Of a stretch of 51,766 nt of DNA, positions 46,217 to 51,766 are shown one piece after another. This DNA is from Nanobdellota archaeon (GTDB lineage: Archaea; Nanobdellota; Nanobdellia; Pacearchaeales; GW2011-AR1). Numbering within the stretch: position 1 is the first letter of the stretch; every line of letters begins with the position of its first letter. The DNA is taken from NCBI GenBank assembly GCA_022703705.1, contig JAKLDD010000003.1:1-51766 (forward strand), given 5' to 3'. Below the pieces are notes generated by a model, which had not been told where the DNA came from, ran no database searches, and worked only from the letters and a program-made list of their open reading frames with translations. The translations under genes were made by a program, and so were the position numbers.

Positions 46217-47668
46217 TTACTTCTTTTTCACCAATTTATTTATTATCTCCATTGCCTCTTTACCATTAATCTTTCCCTTAAACTTAGCCATAACTAATCC
46301 CATATATGCATTAGCATTTAATCCAGGCTTTTCTTTTATTATCTTCAAAACTTCCCCTTCAATCTCAGAATTATCTGCTTTCTCTATCTTTATTGCTTCT
46401 TCAAAATTCTTTCCATTTACAATATTAATTAAAATATCTTTAACATCTCCTTCACCTATCTTCTTTTTATTTAATAATCTCAAAATATCCCCATAATAAT
46501 CAATTATCTTTTCTTCAATCTTTTCAAATGTTTTATTTTCTTTTGAAGCTATTTCTTTTGGAAATAAAACAATCATCTTAACAATAAAATTAAGATTAGA
46601 ATAAATGTTTGCAAGAGATTTCAATTCTTCAATTTTATCTTCGTTTAAAATTAGCTTAATCATTTCTTCACTTAATCCCTTTTCTTTAAGTTCTCCTGCA
46701 ATTTCACTTCTCAATTTAGGCAAGTCTTTCTTTATTTCATTAATAAATTCTCTGGATATTTTAAGTAAAGGCAAATCTGTTTCAGGATACATTCTATCTG
46801 AACCGGGCATAGGCCTTAAAAATTCAGAAGAACCATCTGGAAGAGCATTTCTAACTTCTGCTTGAGTGGGAGTCTTTTCATCATATAATTCTTTTTGTCT
46901 TAAAACTTCATTTTCAATTGTCTTAACAAAAGTTCTCATATCCTGAACACCTTTCATCTCAACCCTATTTCCATTCAAGATAGATATGTTTACATCTTGT
47001 CTAATTGTTCCAATTCCCCTCTTAACTTTACAACTTCTTAGAACATCTCCAATATGTAATGCAACTTCTTTAGCTTGCTCAGCAGATTTAATATCTGGAG
47101 AGGTTGCAATTTCAACCAAAGGTATTCCCAACCTATCTAAATTCCAATAAACTTTATCTCCTTCTTTTTTAACTTCCCGTGCAGAATCCTCTTCCAAACA
47201 AATTGTATCAATACCAACTCTTCCAAAAGCAGTTTCAACATATCCATCTCTGGCAATTAAAACAGTTCTCTGGAATCCTGAAGTATTACTTCCATTTATA
47301 ACAGTCTTTCTCATAATTTGTGTAATAGGAATAATCTTACAATTAAGAAGTAAAGCAATTTGAAGTGCTATTTTCAAAGCTTCTTCATTAATTTCATGAG
47401 GGGGTTCTTCATCCAATTCAATTAAGCAAGTGCTATTTTTATAACCCTGATAAACAAAAGTTTTTTTTAGAGAAGCCTGATATTCTGCAGCCCTATCAAC
47501 TTTACCTGATTCTCCAGCAACAGCATGAAGTTTTCTCTCAACTAAAAAATCCGGTTCATCATTTCTTAAAACAGAAGGGCAATTACAAAACAATTTATGA
47601 GTATCTAACTGCTGATGTATTTCCAAACCAGATTTAAACTTTAGCTTACTGTAATCAATCTTTTCCAT
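46217..47668 (-). CDS. gatE: Glutamyl-tRNA(Gln) amidotransferase subunit E (GatE), short form
   Basis: GLEIHQQLDTHKLFCNCPS, LHAVAGESGKVDRAA, CLEEDSAR and IRQDVNISI. The first ATG is 47668 (MEKIDY); the track start is TTG. Confidence 0.8.
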   Translation of the reverse strand: MEKIDYSKLKFKSGLEIHQQLDTHKLFCNCPSVLRNDEPDFLVERKLHAVAGESGKVDRAAEYQASLKKTFVYQGYKNSTCLIELDEEPPHEINEEALKIALQIALLLNCKIIPITQIMRKTVINGSNTSGFQRTVLIARDGYVETAFGRVGIDTICLEEDSAREVKKEGDKVYWNLDRLGIPLVEIATSPDIKSAEQAKEVALHIGDVLRSCKVKRGIGTIRQDVNISILNGNRVEMKGVQDMRTFVKTIENEVLRQKELYDEKTPTQAEVRNALPDGSSEFLRPMPGSDRMYPETDLPLLKISREFINEIKKDLPKLRSEIAGELKEKGLSEEMIKLILNEDKIEELKSLANIYSNLNFIVKMIVLFPKEIASKENKTFEKIEEKIIDYYGDILRLLNKKKIGEGDVKDILINIVNGKNFEEAIKIEKADNSEIEGEVLKIIKEKPGLNANAYMGLVMAKFKGKINGKEAMEIINKLVKKK

Positions 47669-47706
47669 AAAAAGATTAAACAAAGAGGGTTTATTAAAAT
47701 TTTGAA

Positions 47707-48327
47707 TTAAAAAGAAGGCTTAATTAAATTTACCATTAAACCACCCTGTTCATTTCTAAAGTATTTAACTTGATTAAAACATTTGTGCATTGTTTTTGTA
47801 CCCACTCCGCTATGTCCTTTTGGAGCATAATGTTTTCCACAAAATGAATAAAAATCATTTGCAGAGTCTAAAGAACCATCTTTTTTATTTTCACGTATTA
47901 AAAATATATAAGGAATAAAATTACCATTAATATTTCCCCCTTCATCCCCCACAACATATTCTAGTTTTTCTTTGGAAAACTTCCTTAACAAAAAAATTTT
48001 TTTACTATTATCCTCCAAATTACCATGCTCATATGCATTCTTAATTGCCTCACAAATACCTGGAATTGTTTGGCTTAAATAAAAATAATTTGCCCCTTTC
48101 TTAGTTAAATCTTCTTCCAAAAGATCAATTATCCTGTCAAGATTAAGGCCCTTTTTAGGGATAAATGAAAAATCCCTAAAATTCTTTGGTGTGCTAAAGC
48201 ATTCGATATCATAATCTTTCAAATTAATTTCTTTATCAAATTCGGTTCTAACTAAAGAATTTAAGTTATTAATATCAAATAATTCGTTGCATAATTCTAT
48301 CATTTTAATTAAGATATAAAGGCTCAT
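47707..48327 (-). CDS. GHKL (HATPase_c)-like ATP-binding protein, anti-sigma/Ser-kinase-like layout
   Basis: N-box-like EAIKNAYEHG, G1-like VGDEGGNI and G2-like GHSGVGTKTM. Confidence 0.4.
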   Translation of the reverse strand: MSLYILIKMIELCNELFDINNLNSLVRTEFDKEINLKDYDIECFSTPKNFRDFSFIPKKGLNLDRIIDLLEEDLTKKGANYFYLSQTIPGICEAIKNAYEHGNLEDNSKKIFLLRKFSKEKLEYVVGDEGGNINGNFIPYIFLIRENKKDGSLDSANDFYSFCGKHYAPKGHSGVGTKTMHKCFNQVKYFRNEQGGLMVNLIKPSF

Positions 48328-48418
48328 TTTACTTATAAATCTTTCTATATGTTACCATGTTTTAGTTACAACTAATAAACAATTAAGCTTATAACTTGAT
48401 TTTCATTTAAATAAAAAT

Positions 48419-48811
48419 ATGGAAAAAGGAGAAAAAGCAAAAGAAGGGGTATCAAAGATAACACGCCCAATTACTTTTGCACAAAAAGCAGCAGATAAAT
48501 TGACACTTGGAATTGGGAGTTGGTCATTTATAATATCCTTTTTAATTATTCTAATAATTTGGATATTTGCGATTATCTTTTTTTCAAAAGAAGTTCTTGA
48601 TTTAGATCATTTTCTTATATTAAACTTGTTTCTATCCTGTGTAGCTGCAATACAAGCCCCTATAATCCTTATGTCTCAGAATAGATCAAGTCAAAAAGAC
48701 AGAAAAAGAATGGAATATGATTATATTATAGACAGAAAAACTGGAAGAGAAATTGAAAAAATAAAAATACAATTGGATAAAATTGAAAATAAACTAAATC
48801 AAAGAAGATAA
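48419..48811 (+). CDS. DUF1003-family membrane protein
   Basis: Two TM helices followed by APIILMSQNRSSQKDRKRMEYDY, which is the DUF1003 signature. Confidence 0.65.
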   Translation: MEKGEKAKEGVSKITRPITFAQKAADKLTLGIGSWSFIISFLIILIIWIFAIIFFSKEVLDLDHFLILNLFLSCVAAIQAPIILMSQNRSSQKDRKRMEYDYIIDRKTGREIEKIKIQLDKIENKLNQRR

Positions 48812-50080
48812 TTATTCTTCCAACCTCTTATTAAATTCTCCAGCAATATTCTCAAGCATTTTTTCTTTTATTTTTTCTTTTGATTTTATCCATTCTTTAT
48901 GTCCTAAAACCCATCCTAATTTCACCAACGCTGTTTCTGCAAGCATATCTCCTAAATAAATTACACCTGCTTCAATAAGTTTTCTTCCACTTGAATAAAC
49001 TAACCCATCTACTCTTCCATTAATACATTGAGAAACCCCGCAAAAAATAATTCCTTTGTTAGATAGTTCATTTATTTTTTTAATGAATTTTGATGAAGCA
49101 TTTCCTATTCCACTTAATTCCAAAATAATTCCCTTATATTTATCTTTAGCGTAATAGTCTAATATTTCTGTAGACTGCCCTGGATAAAGTTTAATCAAAG
49201 CAATTTTATCATTAAATTTTAAATCTAATTTAACTTTTCGATTGTTTCTTAAATTATGCCCATCAATCTTCAGGATAGTATCCTGAGAAATCTTTGCAAA
49301 GGGTTTACAATTTATTGGTTTAAATGCATCTCTTCTAGAAGTATGCAACTTTCTTACTTTTGTTCCACGAATTGCATAACAAAAATTATCTTCTTCTGAA
49401 GCATGTCCAACAAGCATTACTTCTGCAATATCTGAGATTGCGGCTAAAGCAGAACATTGCAAATTTAAATTAGCATCAGAACTTGCCCTATCAATGCTTC
49501 TTTGAGAATAAGTTAAAATAACTGGTTTGTTTAATTTTCCAAGAAAAAAACTCAGGGCTGCAGAAGTATAATGTAAAAAATCAGTTCCATGAGTAATTAT
49601 AATCCCCCTTATATTTGAATCATTAAGAAGTTTTTCTGATGTTCTAGCAATTTTTTGCCAATCTTTGAAATCCATCTCTTCTGAAAATTTCATGAATGGA
49701 ACTTCAACCTTAACAACATTAACTCTTTCAAATAATCCAGGATAAAATCTAAATAAACTTTCGGGATTTGTTAAAGGATGAACTCCCCCTGTTTTTGAAT
49801 CATAACTTGAAGCAATTGTTCCCCCAGTAATTATCATTGCTATGTTTGGCTTTTTATTATCCTTAGAAATTTCAGATTTTTCTTCTTTATCCTCCCCCCT
49901 ATGAATTGTTACAATTTTTAAAATATCTTTCTTATTCAATCCAATATTATATCCATTTTCAAGTTTCAATAAAATTATTCCCTTTTCAGATTCAGGACTC
50001 TCCAAGAATATTCCTTCATAAATAACCTTCCCAAAATGAACTTCAACTAAATCGCCTGGTTTAGCAATAATTTTTTCCAT
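48812..50080 (-). CDS. gatD: Glutamyl-tRNA(Gln) amidotransferase subunit D (GatD)
   Basis: N-terminal GatD-specific domain, then the asparaginase-like motifs IITGGTIAS and ITHGTDFLHYTSAAL. Confidence 0.85.
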   Translation of the reverse strand: MEKIIAKPGDLVEVHFGKVIYEGIFLESPESEKGIILLKLENGYNIGLNKKDILKIVTIHRGEDKEEKSEISKDNKKPNIAMIITGGTIASSYDSKTGGVHPLTNPESLFRFYPGLFERVNVVKVEVPFMKFSEEMDFKDWQKIARTSEKLLNDSNIRGIIITHGTDFLHYTSAALSFFLGKLNKPVILTYSQRSIDRASSDANLNLQCSALAAISDIAEVMLVGHASEEDNFCYAIRGTKVRKLHTSRRDAFKPINCKPFAKISQDTILKIDGHNLRNNRKVKLDLKFNDKIALIKLYPGQSTEILDYYAKDKYKGIILELSGIGNASSKFIKKINELSNKGIIFCGVSQCINGRVDGLVYSSGRKLIEAGVIYLGDMLAETALVKLGWVLGHKEWIKSKEKIKEKMLENIAGEFNKRLEE

Positions 50081-50116
50081 GAAAAATACAAGAATTATGA
50101 ATTTAAAAATATTCCA

Positions 50117-51766
50117 TTAATGATATTCAAATGCTCCAATATCTGGTAACCCCACAACAGGATTTCCATCATAATCTGTTGCTCTTATAGAACTTACATC
50201 TGTTCCTTTGTTAATTGCAGGGCTTGTAGACTGCAGGTGGAAATTATCCAAAGCAGCATTTACAAATAATGGATTACCAGTAACACCATGACTTTCTGTA
50301 CCATATGAAGGTGGAGAATTATAAAATAGATTATAATCATGTGTTCCTCCCTCTATTGAATAATAAGTTCCGCTTTCTCCCCCATAAAAAATATTATTTT
50401 TTGTTATCGCATTTGTAGAGATTCCATACTGAGATTGTGGCGCAACAAAGCTAGACCACGTTGTTAAACCGTGTTTATAAAAAGTATTATGATAAATGTG
50501 CACAGGACCTCTAACTCCTTCCATTAAAATGCCATACATACTGTTATATTTGAATATATTGTTATAAATGTATACATTGGTGATACTTGCTCCATTACCC
50601 TGTATAAATATCAGATTAGAGAGTATAGGAGAAGGGTTCCATGTTGGACTTGTTTCATAAATAAAATTATTTCTGATTGTAACATTATCAATGCTTGAAC
50701 CAGAAACGTCACCACCAACATCTAAATCGACCCCTGTTGTATGAAATCCGTTATAAAGTCTATTCCCTTCTACAAGTATATTTTTAGCTGCAATCCCATT
50801 TCCATATATATCAATTGCAAATCCTCTTCTTCCCCAATCATGTACTGTATTATTTCTAAGAACCATATCAGAATAAACCATTTCTGTTCCATAACCTAAT
50901 TGAGTATTTGTATCATCTCCCCATTTTCCTCCATAAGCTAATTCACCATTTTCAATTATCAACCCAGATGAAGAAACCATCTCTGTAGTATAATCATAAC
51001 TAAAACCAGCCCAACCTGAATAAAGTATGTCAATTCCATTAAAATGCAAATATTCCATCCGATGAAGATTAACTCCATACATTCTTTGTGGCACTTCTAC
51101 ACTTGCATATTTTGTTGCAGGGTTTTCTGAAGAGTAAATATAAACATAGTTTGAACTATATCTCCATTGATATTCTGCTGTTAATGTTGTTTTTCTCCTA
51201 GCCCAAGATGCACTGCCATCTGCATTCACCAAGAAAATATCTGCATCTTGGGGTGGATTAGAAAAAGTTATATCAGATTTCCAGATATTTCCTCCTTGAT
51301 TTGTCCATGTCGTACCTGCTTTTGAACCTAAAATTCTTGGATTTTTACCACTTCCATACGCTCCAAAAGTAATATAATTAGATGAAGTTCCAGAAGAAGG
51401 AACAACTAATGTTTCTCTCCAAACTCCCCCTCTTTCAAATAAAATTGCATCACCTGGCTGAAATGTTCTTCCATTTATTTTAGATATTGTTTTCCAAGCA
51501 GTTGAGGGAGAAGTTCCCACAGCACTATCACTTCCTGTTGTTGAAATATAATATACTGTTCCAGTTGGACAAGCAGGGCAAGGTCCACCACAATCCACTC
51601 CTGTTTCTCCTTGGTTTTGAATTCCATCACTGCAAGTTGGAGTTGCAGCAACACAAGCATTATTTACACAAGTATTTGGGGAGGCACAGGGTAATGTTCC
51701 TGTCATTGTAACAGTTGTACCGCAATTAGTTGTAACACTTCTACTTCCACAAAATGTATTCAAAGC
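50117..51766 (-). CDS. Secreted right-handed parallel beta-helix repeat protein with N-terminal Cys-rich module (5' end probably outside window)
   Basis: The track start is a TTG 3 nt from the window edge and the frame is open to the edge. It contains CSDGIQNQGETGVDCGGPCPACP. Repeated NN-x-(I/V)-x-(D/G) rungs follow (RNNTVHDWG, EGNRLYNG, RNNFIYE, YNNIFKY, YHNTFY, KNNIFYG). Confidence 0.7.
   Translation of the reverse strand, partial: ALNTFCGSRSVTTNCGTTVTMTGTLPCASPNTCVNNACVAATPTCSDGIQNQGETGVDCGGPCPACPTGTVYYISTTGSDSAVGTSPSTAWKTISKINGRTFQPGDAILFERGGVWRETLVVPSSGTSSNYITFGAYGSGKNPRILGSKAGTTWTNQGGNIWKSDITFSNPPQDADIFLVNADGSASWARRKTTLTAEYQWRYSSNYVYIYSSENPATKYASVEVPQRMYGVNLHRMEYLHFNGIDILYSGWAGFSYDYTTEMVSSSGLIIENGELAYGGKWGDDTNTQLGYGTEMVYSDMVLRNNTVHDWGRRGFAIDIYGNGIAAKNILVEGNRLYNGFHTTGVDLDVGGDVSGSSIDNVTIRNNFIYETSPTWNPSPILSNLIFIQGNGASITNVYIYNNIFKYNSMYGILMEGVRGPVHIYHNTFYKHGLTTWSSFVAPQSQYGISTNAITKNNIFYGGESGTYYSIEGGTHDYNLFYNSPPSYGTESHGVTGNPLFVNAALDNFHLQSTSPAINKGTDVSSIRATDYDGNPVVGLPDIGAFEYH

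Noticed and set aside
46038-46496. 152-aa + strand ORF spanning the phosphoesterase/gatE junction
   Set aside because: It is antisense to two motif-bearing genes. Its Ser/Phe/Ile-rich low-complexity translation is a shadow ORF.
1-51766. Search for CRISPR arrays, IS elements, integrases, toxin-antitoxin pairs, rRNA or other defence islands
   Set aside because: Reading both strands, I saw no spaced direct-repeat array, no transposase or integrase motifs and no rRNA-like sequence. The only notable repeats are the tRNA 5'-half duplications reported above.

Overview
Strongly AT-rich, tightly packed archaeal chromosome fragment. The gene content and reduced protein sizes look like a DPANN-type (Pacearchaeota/Woesearchaeota-like) genome; that placement is inference only. 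Most of the window is information-processing core. It encodes RNA polymerase subunit L, aRF1, aIF1A, aIF2-beta, L15e, NAC, Sec61-beta, TBP, MCM, ATP-dependent DNA ligase, FtsZ, MinD and ScpB. It also encodes Val-, Met-, Asn- and Asp-tRNA synthetases, GatD/GatE, and the tRNA modification enzymes MnmA, a TGT-family enzyme and Taw3. Other content is a glycosylation gene cluster, a rubrerythrin/desulfoferrodoxin pair, four Cys-rich or beta-helix surface proteins and many small hypothetical ORFs. I saw no rRNA, CRISPR array, transposase or integrase. Main second-look items: (1) both tRNA genes (Ile-GAU, Asn-GUU) sit behind a promoter-proximal direct repeat of their own first 22-23 nt, followed by a 37-39-nt spacer whose first ~21 nt are conserved between loci and whose later part is partly complementary to that tRNA's own acceptor strand; (2) a 147-aa mini-intein lies immediately after the catalytic GGQ motif of aRF1; (3) a metallophosphoesterase gene is split by a frame change at an A7 tract that forms an A_AAA_AAA slippery heptamer next to a stop codon; (4) MetRS is separated from its Trbp111-like tRNA-binding domain by a compositionally odd Cys-rich secreted protein; (5) a 28-aa hyper-acidic ORF has a perfect Shine-Dalgarno sequence. 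All product calls rest on motif recognition by eye; no database search was possible.
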